A stretch of 64,000 nucleotides of DNA from an uncultured Actinomycetota bacterium (GCA_963713345.1 CAVQLI010000008.1:530606-594605), one strand, 5' to 3'; positions 51,846 through 61,946 are shown, counted from the first letter of the stretch. Notes: generated by a model from the letters alone, not told the origin. Numbers and translations: made by a program.

Positions 51846-53091
51846 ATGACGATGGACTGGGTCTCCTCGGTGATCTGGTGGCACTGCTACCCGTTGCGCT
51901 TCGTCGGCGCCGAGACGTGGGCGGACGAGCTCGCCGACGGCCACGTCGAGCATCGCCTCGGCCGGATCGCGGGTTGGCTCGACTACCTCATCGACCTGGG
52001 CGCGAACGGCCTCATGCTCGCCCCGATCTTCGCCTCGACGTCGCACGGGTACGACACGCTCGACTACTTCCGGGTCGACCCCCGCCTCGGCGACCTGGAC
52101 GATGTCGACGAGCTGGTCGGCCACTGCCGGGAGCGGGGCATCCGGGTGTGCCTGGACGGCGTGTTCAACCACGTCAGCCAGGACCACGAGATCGTCCGGC
52201 GTGCGCTGGCGGAGGGTCCGGACTCCGAACCGGGCCGCTGGGTGACGTGGGACAACGGGTACACGATCGGGTTCGAGGGCAACCTCGACCTCGTCGAGCT
52301 GAACTTCGCCCATCCGCCGGTGGTCGACTACATCGTCGACGTCATGTGCTTCTGGCTCGACCGGGGCGTCGACGGGTGGCGGCTCGACGCCGCCTTCGCT
52401 CCGGGCGGCGCCGCCTGGCGTCCGATCATCGACCGGGTCCGGGCAGGCCCACCCGGACGCCTGGATCGTCGCCGAGCTGATCAAGGGCGGCTACCCGGAG
52501 TTCGTGGCCGAGAGCGGCGTCGACTCGGTGACCCAGTACGAGCTGTGGAAGGCGATCTGGAGCTCGCTGAACGAGCAGAACCTCCACGAGCTCGAGTGGA
52601 CCCTGAAGCGGCACGCCGAGTTCTCGGCGTCGTTCCGGTCCCAGACCTTCCTCGGCAACCACGACCAGTCCCGGATCGCGACGCTGCTGAAGGACCTGCG
52701 CAACCTGCCGCTGGCCGTCGCGATCCTCATGGTGGTGCCGGGCGTCCCGACGATCTACGCCGGCGACGAGCAGGCGTTCACGGGCGCCAAGCTCGACCAG
52801 CCCCGTGGTGACGACCCGGTCCGGCCGCCGTTCCCGGAGACCCCCGCCGAGCTCCTGCCGTTCGGGGCCGAGACCCTGGCGGTCTACCAGGACCTCGTCC
52901 GCGTCCGCCGCGACCACCCGTGGCTCGTCGACGCCGGGCTCTCGACGTCCGACGTCTCGGACACGACGATGACCATCCGTCTGTCGTCGCGGGAGGGCGA
53001 GCAGCTGTCGCTGGCGCTGAACGCCGGAGACGAGCGCGCGGACGTCGGCGGCGTCGCCGTCGAGCCGCACTCCTACGTGATCGGGCCCTGA
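51846..53091 (+). CDS. GH13 alpha-amylase family glycosyl hydrolase; frameshift at about 52443
   Basis: SHGYDTLDYFRVDPRLG, LDGVFNH, DGWRLDAA, then FLGNHDQSRI and PTIYAGDE in the next frame. Confidence 0.9.
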
Positions 53092-53570
53092 CGCGAGGCT
53101 TCGGCGTGTCGGCGGTGCAGCTCGTGGATCTCGTCCTCCAGCTCGGGCGCCGGCCCCTCCACGACGACGCCGGGCGCAATCGCCTTGACCGGCAAGGGAT
53201 TCACCGGTGACGCGTTGGTGAAGCCGAGCTCGCGACGCCAGGCCACGAGCTGTTCCGTGGACGCGACGTAGACGATCCGGCCGAGCCCGACCCAGGCGTG
53301 CGCGGCGGAGCACATCGCGCAGTGCTCGCCCGAGGTGTAGACCGTGGCGCCGGCGCGCTCCTCGGGCGAGAGATAGGTCGCCGCCCAGCGGGCCAGGGCG
53401 AACTCGGGGTGCTGCGTCTGGTCGCCGGCCGCGGTGCGGTTCCGGTCCTCGGCGCAGACCACGCCGTGGGCGTCGACCAGGACGGAGCCGAACGGCTCGT
53501 CGCCGGCGTCAAGCGCCTCCCGGGCCAGCTGGACGCAGCGTCGCAGGTGGGTCAGGTCTCGTTCGTCCAT
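53073..53570 (-). CDS. Nucleoside deaminase (Zn-dependent, TadA/guanine deaminase-like)
   Basis: GDEPFGSVLV, QHPEF and YTSGEHCAMC motifs. Confidence 0.9.
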   Translation of the reverse strand: MDERDLTHLRRCVQLAREALDAGDEPFGSVLVDAHGVVCAEDRNRTAAGDQTQHPEFALARWAATYLSPEERAGATVYTSGEHCAMCSAAHAWVGLGRIVYVASTEQLVAWRRELGFTNASPVNPLPVKAIAPGVVVEGPAPELEDEIHELHRRHAEASRQGPIT

Positions 53571-54397
53571 ACCGCCCTCACTTCCTCGACGATCCGGGTG
53601 GCGTTCTCGATGGTGGCGGCCAGCTCGGCCGGTGAGGTACCCACGCTGCCGAGCACGCCGCATACTCGGCGTTCGAAATCCGTTGGCGCACATGGTAACC
53701 GGCCGGCTGAGGCGATGGCGCCCTTCTCGTTGACCAGCCAGCGCCGGTCGTGCGCGTGCAGGGCGTGCGCGCAGAGCAGCATGGCGCGGCTCAGGCAGAG
53801 GGCGACGTATGCGGCGTCGCCCCGGCTCGTGGCCTTGGCCGCGATCTGCAGGAGGAAGCCGGCCTCCCAGAGGTTCTGGGCGAGCGCGGCGCGCAGGGCA
53901 TCGGGGTAGGTGATGGCGTCGCGAAGGTCGGTGAGGTCGCCACTGGGGTCGGCGAGCACGACGGCCAGGGCGAGCTCGCCGACGTAGGCGAAGTCGGGTA
54001 CGCCGAGCGGGTGCCCGGTCTGGGAGTTCCAGTCGTAGGCGCCGCGGTGGGCTCGCGCCCACGCCTCCCGGACGCGGTCGACGTCGCGGTAGATCCAGTC
54101 GACGTGGACGCCGTCGACGACCAGCCAGCCGCCGCCGTCGACCCAGGGTCCCCACTCGCCGCGCTGGGTGACCTCCGCGTCCGGCCCCGCCACGTCGCGG
54201 GCTATGGCTCCGAGGGCAGCGGTGTCGAGGTCACCCTGGTAGTAGAGGCCGAGGTCGACGTCGGAGTCGGGGGTGTGCTCGCCACGGGCCCGGCTGCCGC
54301 CGAGGACGACTCCGACCACGCCCTCGACGGAGGTGAGGCGCTGCGCGAGCGCGGCCAGATCAAGGCCGTCGGGGACGGCGCCGCCGGGGAGAGTCAC
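53552..54397 (-). CDS. Nucleotidyltransferase domain protein (DUF4037-associated type)
   Basis: LGGSRARGEHTPDSDVDLGLY, GPWVDGGGW and VDWIYRD motifs. Confidence 0.85.
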   Translation of the reverse strand: MTLPGGAVPDGLDLAALAQRLTSVEGVVGVVLGGSRARGEHTPDSDVDLGLYYQGDLDTAALGAIARDVAGPDAEVTQRGEWGPWVDGGGWLVVDGVHVDWIYRDVDRVREAWARAHRGAYDWNSQTGHPLGVPDFAYVGELALAVVLADPSGDLTDLRDAITYPDALRAALAQNLWEAGFLLQIAAKATSRGDAAYVALCLSRAMLLCAHALHAHDRRWLVNEKGAIASAGRLPCAPTDFERRVCGVLGSVGTSPAELAATIENATRIVEEVRAVWTNET

Positions 54398-54404
54398 CCG
54401 AGGG

Positions 54405-54653
54405 TCACTCGTCGTCGGGGTCGTCGGGGTCGTCGGCCGGCGCTCCGCCCGGTGCGTCCGCAGGTTCCACGGGGTCCGTGGGGTCCTTCGGCCGGGGCTG
54501 GGGGATGCGGACGACGTTGTTCTCGAGGTCGACCTGGGTCTCGCCGTCACCCTCGTTGCCCGGGATCTTCGCCTCGATCTGCTTGCGGTCCATCTCCTCG
54601 CGGAGGTGGCGCTGCCCGGGGTTGAAGATCTCCCCGACGCCGCTCCAGCTCAT
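54405..54653 (-). CDS. Small acidic protein (DUF6191-like)
   Basis: EIFNPGQRH...R...GDG...VDL pattern. Confidence 0.6.
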   Translation of the reverse strand: MSWSGVGEIFNPGQRHLREEMDRKQIEAKIPGNEGDGETQVDLENNVVRIPQPRPKDPTDPVEPADAPGGAPADDPDDPDDE

Positions 54654-54731
54654 ACGGCGAGGCTAACCCGCGAGCGAGCCGGCGCATACCGGGTGCGAGT
54701 GGGCGCAGCGCGTCTGGGTACGTTCGAGAGC

Positions 54732-55589
54732 ATGAAGACCAGAGCCATCGGAGACCGGACCGTGTCGGAGATCGGGCTCGGGGCGATGCAGCTGTCGATC
54801 AGCGGCCGCCCGGACCACGACCAGGGAGTGGCGACGATCCACGCCGCCCTCGACGCCGGCGTGACCCTCATCGACACCGCCGACGCCTACTGCCTCGACG
54901 ACTCGGAGACCGGGCACAACGAGCGACTCATCGGTGCGGCGCTGCGGTCGTGGGGCGGCGACCCGTCCGACGTGCTGGTCGCGACCAAGGGCGGCCACGT
55001 CCGGCCGGAGGGCCGGTGGGAGGTGGACGGCTCGCCGGACCATCTGCGGGCGGCGTGCGAGGCATCCCTGACGGCGCTCGGAGTGGAGGCGATCGGGCTG
55101 TACCAGTTCCACCGGCCGGACCCGTCGGTCCCGTATGCCGAGTCGGTCGGCGTGCTGCGCGACCTGCTGGACGCTGGGAAGATCCGGATGGCGGGGATCT
55201 CCAACGCCAACCCGGAGCAGATCCGGGAGGCGCAGGAGGTCCTCGGCGGACGGCTGGTCAGCGTGCAGAACCAGTTCTCGCCGGCGTTCCGGTCGTCGGA
55301 GCCCGAGCTGCGGCTGTGCGACGAGCTGGGCATCGCGTTCCTGCCGTGGGGACCGCTCGGCGGTGCGTCCCGCGCGTCGGAGGTCGGGTCGCGGTTCTCG
55401 GCGTTCGCGGAGGTCGCGTCGGCGCACGGGGTGAGCCCCCAGCAGGTGGCCCTGGCGTGGATGCTGGCCCTGTCGCCGGTCGTCATCCCGATCCCCGGCT
55501 CGTCGCGCCCGTCCACCATCGAGGACTCCGTCGCCGCTGCGGACCTGCGGCTCACGGACGACGAGGTCGAGCGCCTCTCGGCCTCCTGA
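54732..55589 (+). CDS. Aldo/keto reductase
   Basis: IGLGAMQL, IDTADAY, VATKGG, LYQFHRPD and GKIRMAGISN motifs. Confidence 0.93.
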   Translation: MKTRAIGDRTVSEIGLGAMQLSISGRPDHDQGVATIHAALDAGVTLIDTADAYCLDDSETGHNERLIGAALRSWGGDPSDVLVATKGGHVRPEGRWEVDGSPDHLRAACEASLTALGVEAIGLYQFHRPDPSVPYAESVGVLRDLLDAGKIRMAGISNANPEQIREAQEVLGGRLVSVQNQFSPAFRSSEPELRLCDELGIAFLPWGPLGGASRASEVGSRFSAFAEVASAHGVSPQQVALAWMLALSPVVIPIPGSSRPSTIEDSVAAADLRLTDDEVERLSAS

Positions 55590-55747
55590 CCGGACGGCCG
55601 CCGTGATCGCGGGTCACAGTGCGCGTCACAGTGCGGCTGGTGCTGTCCTGACGACACCGCGCGCACTCTGACTCGCACTCTGCCCGGTTCCGGCCTCTCG
55701 CTGCGATGTCCGCGTCGGCTACCCTTCCTGCGGCGCCGAACGGTTCC

Positions 55748-55823
55748 GCCCTCGTAGCTCAGGGGATAGAGCACCGCTCTCCTAAAGCGGGTGTCGGCAG
55801 TTCGAATCTGCCCGGGGGCACCA
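55748..55823 (+). tRNA. tRNA-Arg(CCT)
   Basis: GCCCTCGTAGCTCAGGGGATAGAGCACCGCTCTCCTAAAGCGGGTGTCGGCAGTTCGAATCTGCCCGGGGGCACCA; CCT anticodon, encoded CCA. Confidence 0.97.
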
Positions 55824-55881
55824 CCACGTTACCGCAGGTCAGCGGCGGCTTCCCTGATCGCCCGCTGCGACAATCTCGACG

Positions 55882-56352
55882 GTGAGCGTGAGGCAGTTCG
55901 ACGCGGTCGTCGCCGATGGCGGTCGGGGCCGCGTGATGGTTCCGGTTCCGTTCGACCCCGACGCCGAGTGGGGCGCCAAGACCCGGCATCCGGTCGGCGG
56001 GACCATCAACGGGAAGCGCGTCCGCGGCGTCGTCGAGGCGCACGAGGGAGTCCAGGGCTTCCTCGTCGGCGTCGCTTGGCTTCGCGACTGCCCGTTGGCG
56101 GCCGGTGACAAGGTGTCCGTCGAGCTCGCCCCTGAGGGCCCGCAGCGAGCGGACCTCGCCGACGACGTCGCCGCGGCGCTGGAGGCGAACCCGAAGGCCG
56201 GCGAGTTCTTCGACGCCCTGGCCCAGTTCTACCGGCGCGGGTACCTGCGGTGGATCGACGGCACCACGCGCCGACCGGAGGTCCGGCGGGAGCGGATCGC
56301 CAGGATGGTCGAGCTGCTGGAGTCCGGCGTCAAGGACTACCGCAGCTCCTGA
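55882..56352 (+). CDS. DUF1905 plus YdeI/OmpD-associated domain protein
   Basis: HPVGGTING, DDVAAALEANP, FFDALAQFYRRGYLRWI and RRERIARMVELL motifs. Confidence 0.85.
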   Translation: MSVRQFDAVVADGGRGRVMVPVPFDPDAEWGAKTRHPVGGTINGKRVRGVVEAHEGVQGFLVGVAWLRDCPLAAGDKVSVELAPEGPQRADLADDVAAALEANPKAGEFFDALAQFYRRGYLRWIDGTTRRPEVRRERIARMVELLESGVKDYRSS

Positions 56353-56888
56353 GACCCAAGGCGGCCGACTCGGGTAGCCCGAGACTCCCCGTCCGGTCGG
56401 TTCTCCACTCCACACCTGGTCGCCGACCCGACCGCCACCGCCAGTCGGCTGCCGGGCCCTGAAACCGCCAATACCCGTACAGAACCATAGAATTCGGCTC
56501 CAACGCGCTGTCCGATTTGAGTCCCTATACCCCTCCGTTGCGCGGGTTTGACTCTGCGCACGGCACCAAGGTCCACTCATCCTCCGAAGGCCGCGCGCAG
56601 CCCCTCCGCAGGCCTCGGTGACCCTCGCAAGAGTTAAAGATTGCGTTTGGGCTGGGTCTTGCCCCTTTGTGCGGTATGGCGCAGTGGTGTAGGAACGAAG
56701 GCAGGTCCCCTCACGATTGAGCCGTCAACATGGCTTGAGTGGTGACTCGCATCACGCCGGATCACATAAAGCCCCTCCACCTCCTGAGTAATCGGCCTGA
56801 CCTCGGTGGGTTCTGCCCGCACCGTCACGCATCGGGGCCGCTCAGTTGACGTCGTCGCGCCGGTTACCGCCCCCCATCGGAGGTACCT

Positions 56889-59078
56889 ATGCTTCGCCGT
56901 CGTCCGCTTTCGCCTGCCCGCGTCCGTTCGCTGCACCCTGCCGCTCGAGTCCTTGCCGGTCTGGCCGCCACCGTGGTGGTTGTCGGCCTCAGCCTTGCTA
57001 CGACGGCTGAGGCCGCGCCACCAGGAGTTGCGCCACCAGGATCCGCGCCGGCTGCCGTGGTTGCACCGGCCGCGGCGGCCGGACCGGGGGGCTTCACCTC
57101 GGTGGCGCCGACGCGCGTACTCGACACCCGCATGGGCGTCGGCGCGACCCGGGCCGCGGTGGCCTCGGGAGCGACGGTCACCGCCAAGGTGACCGGCGTC
57201 GGCGCCGTGCCGGCGTCGGGTGTCTCGGCTGTCGTGGTGACGCTGGTCGCGACTGACTCGTCGGCGGCGGGATACCTCACCGGGTATGCGAGTGGCGGGA
57301 CCCGACCGTCGACGTCCAGCGTCAACTTCGACGCCGGAGACACCGTCTCCAACCTGGCCGTGCTGCCGGTCGGGACTGACGGACGGATCGCGCTCTACAA
57401 CGGCTCCCCCGGCTCGACGCACATCGTGGCCGACGTCGCCGGCTACTTCGCCTCCGGCACGCCCGGCGCTGCAGGCTTCGGATCGGTCGCTCCGGCCCGA
57501 GTCCTCGACACCCGGACCGCCCTCGGCGCTCCTAACGCACCGGTGCCCGCCGGCGGCACCGTGACCCCTCGCGTCCTCGGCACGGGCGGGGTCCCGTCCT
57601 CGGGAGTGGCGGCGGTCGTCGTCAACCTGACCGTCACCGAGGCCGAGCAGAGCGGCTACGTCACCGGGTACCCGAGCGGCGCGGGACGCCCGCTGGCCTC
57701 GAGTGTCAACTTCGACGCCGGCCGCACGGCCGCGAACCTCGCCGTCCTGCCCGTCGGCGGTGACGGGCGGATCGCCCTGTACAACGGCGCACCGGGCGCG
57801 GCGGAGTTCGTCGCCGACGTCAGCGGCTACTTCATGAGCGGGACGCCGACCGTCGGCGGCTTCGGCGCGGTCGTCCCGACGCGCGTGCTCGACACACGGC
57901 TGGGCCAGGGGGCCAGCAGGGCCATGGTGTCCGGCGGTTCGACCCTCGCGGTGAAGGTGACCGGCATCGCTGGTGTCCCGTCGTCCGGCGTCGCCTCGGT
58001 CGTCGTCAACCTCACGGTGACCGAGCCTTGGGCGACCGGGTACATCACCGGGTACGCGAACGGCAGCCAGCGACCGCCGACCTCGAACGTGAACTTCGAG
58101 GCCAAGCAAACGACCTCCACGCTGGCGGTGCTGCCGGTCGGAACGGACGGCCGGATCGCGCTCTACAACGGCGCGCCAGGCGCGACACAGCTGGTCGCCG
58201 ACATCGCCGGCTACTCGCTCGGCGACGCCGTCGCCCCACCCGTCTCGGCCCCCTCCACCTGCCCGGTCGGCCAGCGGAACGTGCCCGGTGGGCCGGATCC
58301 ATGGGGTGGCTGCTTCCCCGGCCCCGGCAACGCGGGGGTCCCCGCCGGGACCGCCCTGACCGCATACAGCGGCTCGTTGCGGATCACGACCCCCAACACC
58401 GTGATCGACGCCAAGTCGATCACCGGCCGACTCGTCATCGCCACGAGCGGGGTCACCATCACCCGGTCGAGGATCAGCAACGGCATCGAGAACGCCGGCG
58501 GCTCCCGGTTCACCGTCACCGACAGCCTCATCCTCGGTGCGACGCCTGACGACAAAGCCCTCGACACCGACCACTTCACGGCGGAGCGGAACGAGATCAA
58601 GGGCGGGAACTCGGGCGGCTGGTGCAACGACTGTGTCGTGCGGAACAACTGGATCCACAACGACATCCGGTTGGCCTCGAACGACCCGCACCACCTGAGC
58701 GCCTACCGGATGGACCAGAACGGGCAGTTCCTCCACAACACCCTCGCGTGCGAGTCGGCGCCGACGCCCGCCGGTGGCGGCTGCTCCGGAAACCTCACGG
58801 GCTACGGCGACTTCCAGACCGTGCAGAACAACCTCATCGCCAACAACCTGTTCGTCGCGAGCACGAACATCTCCTTCTGCAGCTATGGCGGGAACTCGGG
58901 CGGCAAGCCGTACCCCAACGGCAACAACGTCGTCTTCCGCGACAACATGTTCCAGCGAGGGTCCAACGGCAAGTGCGGAGCGTATGACCCGATCGGCGAC
59001 TTCGACCCGAACCAGCCGGGCAACAGTGCGCTGAACAACCTCTGGGACGACGGGAGCCGCCTTCCCGACCGGCCATGA
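56889..59078 (+). CDS. Secreted protein: three 128-aa repeats plus Cys-rich right-handed beta-helix-like domain
   Basis: Signal peptide ending AEA-A; repeats (F.SVAP.RVLDTR...VADVAGY) at an exact 384-nt period (57093, 57477, 57861); Asn-ladder C-terminus. Confidence 0.85.
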   Translation: MLRRRPLSPARVRSLHPAARVLAGLAATVVVVGLSLATTAEAAPPGVAPPGSAPAAVVAPAAAAGPGGFTSVAPTRVLDTRMGVGATRAAVASGATVTAKVTGVGAVPASGVSAVVVTLVATDSSAAGYLTGYASGGTRPSTSSVNFDAGDTVSNLAVLPVGTDGRIALYNGSPGSTHIVADVAGYFASGTPGAAGFGSVAPARVLDTRTALGAPNAPVPAGGTVTPRVLGTGGVPSSGVAAVVVNLTVTEAEQSGYVTGYPSGAGRPLASSVNFDAGRTAANLAVLPVGGDGRIALYNGAPGAAEFVADVSGYFMSGTPTVGGFGAVVPTRVLDTRLGQGASRAMVSGGSTLAVKVTGIAGVPSSGVASVVVNLTVTEPWATGYITGYANGSQRPPTSNVNFEAKQTTSTLAVLPVGTDGRIALYNGAPGATQLVADIAGYSLGDAVAPPVSAPSTCPVGQRNVPGGPDPWGGCFPGPGNAGVPAGTALTAYSGSLRITTPNTVIDAKSITGRLVIATSGVTITRSRISNGIENAGGSRFTVTDSLILGATPDDKALDTDHFTAERNEIKGGNSGGWCNDCVVRNNWIHNDIRLASNDPHHLSAYRMDQNGQFLHNTLACESAPTPAGGGCSGNLTGYGDFQTVQNNLIANNLFVASTNISFCSYGGNSGGKPYPNGNNVVFRDNMFQRGSNGKCGAYDPIGDFDPNQPGNSALNNLWDDGSRLPDRP

Positions 59079-59122
59079 CCGATACCGCATAAGGGTCCGG
59101 GCCGCCCACGCATACTGGTGAG

Positions 59123-60112
59123 GTGTGGGGGGAACGCGTGGGCCTGGCCGTCATCGCCGCCGTCCTCCTGTCCCTCACCGCGTGCACCGCCAGCCCACCG
59201 GCCGGTCCCACCGTCACCGGGACCGACGGCCGCGTCACGACGGCCTCCCCTGCCGTGCCGCTCGCGGACCACTGCGCCGTCGCCACCCCCAACACTCCCG
59301 GCGGGCCGGACCCGTGGGGGGGCTGCTTCCCCGGGCCGGGCAACACCGGGGTCCCCCAGGACGTCCAGCTCGTCGAGTACGACGGCCCGACCACGATCCT
59401 CGACGACAACGTGACCATCGAGGGGAAGATCGTCAGGGGGAGCCTGGAGATCGGTGGCGCCAACGTCACCCTTCGGAACTCCAAGCTGCTCGGGTCGATC
59501 ACGACGCTCGACGAGCAGTTCCCCAAGGCCTCGTTCACCCTCGACTCCGTCACCATCGACGGCCATGGGGTCGAGGGCAAGTCGGCCGTGGGCACGAACA
59601 TCACCGTGAGGCACAGTGAGATCACCGGAAGCGGGAGTGGCGGCGTCTGCGCGAGCTGCACCGTCGAGGACTCGTGGTTCCACGACGAGTGGATCCCGCC
59701 GACCTCACTGGACCACATGAGCGCCTACCGGATGGACCGCCACACGACGCTGCGGCACAACACCCTGTCCTGCGACTTCGACCCGACCGGCATGAACCCG
59801 GAGGCCGGCTGCTCGGCCGGGCTCACCGGCTACCCGGACTTCAACGCGGTCGAGTTCAACACGGTCGACCGGAACCTCTTCGTCGCGAACGCGAAGTCGG
59901 CGTTCTGCGCCTTCGGCGGGTCCTCGAACGGCAAGCCGTTCAGCGGGTCCACCAACCACATCGCCTTCACCGACAACGTCTTCCAGAAGGGCGCCAACGG
60001 GACCTGTGGGAGCTACGGCCCGATCACCGACTTCGACCGGAACGCCCCGGGCAACGTCTGGTCCGGAAACCGTTGGGACGACGGCACATCGCTGGACCCG
60101 CCGGCCGAGTGA
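59123..60112 (+). CDS. Lipoprotein carrying a paralogous beta-helix-like domain
   Basis: Lipobox LTA-C; shares PGGPDPWGGCFPGPGN, SAYRMD, LTGY.DF, NLFVA and N.WDDG with the upstream gene. Confidence 0.85.
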   Translation: MWGERVGLAVIAAVLLSLTACTASPPAGPTVTGTDGRVTTASPAVPLADHCAVATPNTPGGPDPWGGCFPGPGNTGVPQDVQLVEYDGPTTILDDNVTIEGKIVRGSLEIGGANVTLRNSKLLGSITTLDEQFPKASFTLDSVTIDGHGVEGKSAVGTNITVRHSEITGSGSGGVCASCTVEDSWFHDEWIPPTSLDHMSAYRMDRHTTLRHNTLSCDFDPTGMNPEAGCSAGLTGYPDFNAVEFNTVDRNLFVANAKSAFCAFGGSSNGKPFSGSTNHIAFTDNVFQKGANGTCGSYGPITDFDRNAPGNVWSGNRWDDGTSLDPPAE

Positions 60113-60167
60113 GGGCGAGTGGCGGCCGCGTGACGTCCCCGACGGCCGACGCTCGTAGCATCGACCC

Positions 60168-60953
60168 ATGCCGGGGTACGTACTGGACCACCACCTTCAC
60201 GGCGAGGGTGCACGCCTCGCCCTGATGTCACGCCTGCTCGACCCGATGCACCGCCGTTACATCGAGGCGCTCGGCATCGGCCCGGGGGCGCGCACGCTGG
60301 AGGTCGGGTTCGGCAACGGCTCCGTCTCGTCGTGGTTGGCCGAGCTGGTGGGCCCGACCGGGCAGGCCGTCGCCGTCGACATCGACCTGTCCCTCGTCGA
60401 CCAGAACACCGCCCCGGCGAACCTCGACTACCTCCAGGCCGACATCGTGGCCGGCCCGGTCGACCCCGGGACCTTCGACCTCGTGACCGCGCGCGCCGTC
60501 CTGCACCACGTCACCGACGTCGACGCCGCCATGCGGAACCTCGTCGCCAGCCTTGCTCCGGGCGGGGCGATCCTGCTCATCGAGCCGGACTTCCTGCCCG
60601 TCAGCATCGCCGAGCCCGCCGAGGTGCACCGCTTCTGGGAAGGCTGGCTGACGTGGTCGCGGGAGCAGGGCATCGACTACTTTCTCGGCCGCACGCTGAC
60701 CAGCCGGCTGGCCGCCCTCGACATCCAGGACATCGCGGGTACGGCGGAAACCGCTGTCTACCAAGGCGGTTCGCCGTGGGCCACCTACTGGGTCGACACG
60801 GTCGACGAGCTCCGATCCGGCCTGGTGGAGTCCGGCGCCCTTACGGACGACCTCGTCGATCACTTCCTGACCCAGTGCGCCGACCCCTCCTGGTGGACGC
60901 AGACCATCGCCTTCACCGCGGCCCACGGCCGGGCGGCTACTCCAACGAGCTGA
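60168..60953 (+). CDS. Class I SAM-dependent methyltransferase
   Basis: LEVGFGNG, AVDID and FDLVTARAVLHH motifs. Confidence 0.9.
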   Translation: MPGYVLDHHLHGEGARLALMSRLLDPMHRRYIEALGIGPGARTLEVGFGNGSVSSWLAELVGPTGQAVAVDIDLSLVDQNTAPANLDYLQADIVAGPVDPGTFDLVTARAVLHHVTDVDAAMRNLVASLAPGGAILLIEPDFLPVSIAEPAEVHRFWEGWLTWSREQGIDYFLGRTLTSRLAALDIQDIAGTAETAVYQGGSPWATYWVDTVDELRSGLVESGALTDDLVDHFLTQCADPSWWTQTIAFTAAHGRAATPTS

Positions 60954-61329
60954 CGTCGTCCGGCACGTCCACGGCGTGCTGCTTCAACGCGGCGAACGGC
61001 ACGACGGCCAGCACCGCCTCGTTGGTGGCGGCCAGCACGACAGGGGCGGCCACTCCCTCGTTGTAGGCGCGGGCCCAGTTCGGTGCGGTGACGCACCACC
61101 GGTCGCCGGGGTTCAGGCCCGGGAAGCGGTACTGGGGCATGGGGGTCGAGAGGTCGTTGCCGATGCTGCGCTGGTGCTCGAGGAACTCGGCCGTGACGAC
61201 CGCGCAGATGGTGTGGCTGCCGATGTCCTGCTCTCCCGTGTTGCAGCAGCCGTCCCGGAAGAACCCGGTCATCGGGTCGGTACCGCACGGTTCCAGGTCG
61301 CCACCGAGGACGTTGCGCTCTGCCACCAC
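60937..61329 (-). CDS. DUF2237 family protein
   Basis: NVLGGDLEPCGTDPMTGFFRDGCC, GNDLSTP and PGDRWCV motifs. Confidence 0.92.
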   Translation of the reverse strand: MVAERNVLGGDLEPCGTDPMTGFFRDGCCNTGEQDIGSHTICAVVTAEFLEHQRSIGNDLSTPMPQYRFPGLNPGDRWCVTAPNWARAYNEGVAAPVVLAATNEAVLAVVPFAALKQHAVDVPDDVSSLE

Positions 61330-61374
61330 ACCAGCATGGCCGCATCGGTATGCGCGCAGTAGCCCGTATCGGAG

Positions 61375-61851
61375 TCAGCCCATCGCCGCCGCCCGATCGG
61401 CCGGCATACCCGGTCCCGGCCGCGCCACCACCGAGGCGTCGCCGTCCAACCGTCCACAGCGGTCGCAGACCACCTCCTGGGTGACCGAGCCGCCGCAGTC
61501 CTCGTGCGCATACCGGATCGGTGGTCCGTCGGGCGCGGCCCACCGGTCCCCCCACGCGGTCAACGCGATGAGCGCGGGCGCGAGGTCGCGGCCCTTCTCG
61601 GTCAGGACGTACTCGAACAGCTCGGGCCGCTCGGAGTAGCGGTGCCGCCGCATGATCCCGGCCTCGACGAACCCGTCCAGGCGGTCCTGCAAGACGTTGG
61701 TCGCGATGCCGAGGCTCCGCTGGAAGTCGCCGTAGCGCGTCGAGCCGGCGAACAGGGCGTCCCGGACGATGAGGATGCTCCACCGCTCGCCCACCACCTC
61801 CAGCGCCCGCGCGATGGAACAGACCTGCGCGTCGTACGTCCGGCCGAGCAT
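61375..61851 (-). CDS. HxlR-family winged-helix regulator
   Basis: CSIARALEVVGERWSILIVRDAL, GIATNVL and EYVLTEKGRDL motifs. Confidence 0.92.
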   Translation of the reverse strand: MLGRTYDAQVCSIARALEVVGERWSILIVRDALFAGSTRYGDFQRSLGIATNVLQDRLDGFVEAGIMRRHRYSERPELFEYVLTEKGRDLAPALIALTAWGDRWAAPDGPPIRYAHEDCGGSVTQEVVCDRCGRLDGDASVVARPGPGMPADRAAAMG

Positions 61852-61872
61852 GTCGCCGATGGTACCCAGCCA

Positions 61873-61924
61873 CTTGCGTGATGCAAGCACATCATCTAAC
61901 CTGCAACTCATCAGTTGCAGTTTA
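61873..61924. promoter_or_regulatory. Palindromic operators in the divergent HxlR/SRPBCC promoter
   Basis: CTTGC-N5-GCAAG (61873-61887) and CTGCAACT-CATC-AGTTGCAG (61901-61920). Confidence 0.65.
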
Positions 61925-61946
61925 ACGACGATCGAGCGAGGACACC

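Noticed and set aside
56580-56888. c-di-AMP or c-di-GMP riboswitch upstream of the secreted protein
   Set aside because: The conserved ydaO and GEMM sequence blocks could not be found by eye; an Infernal scan would settle it.
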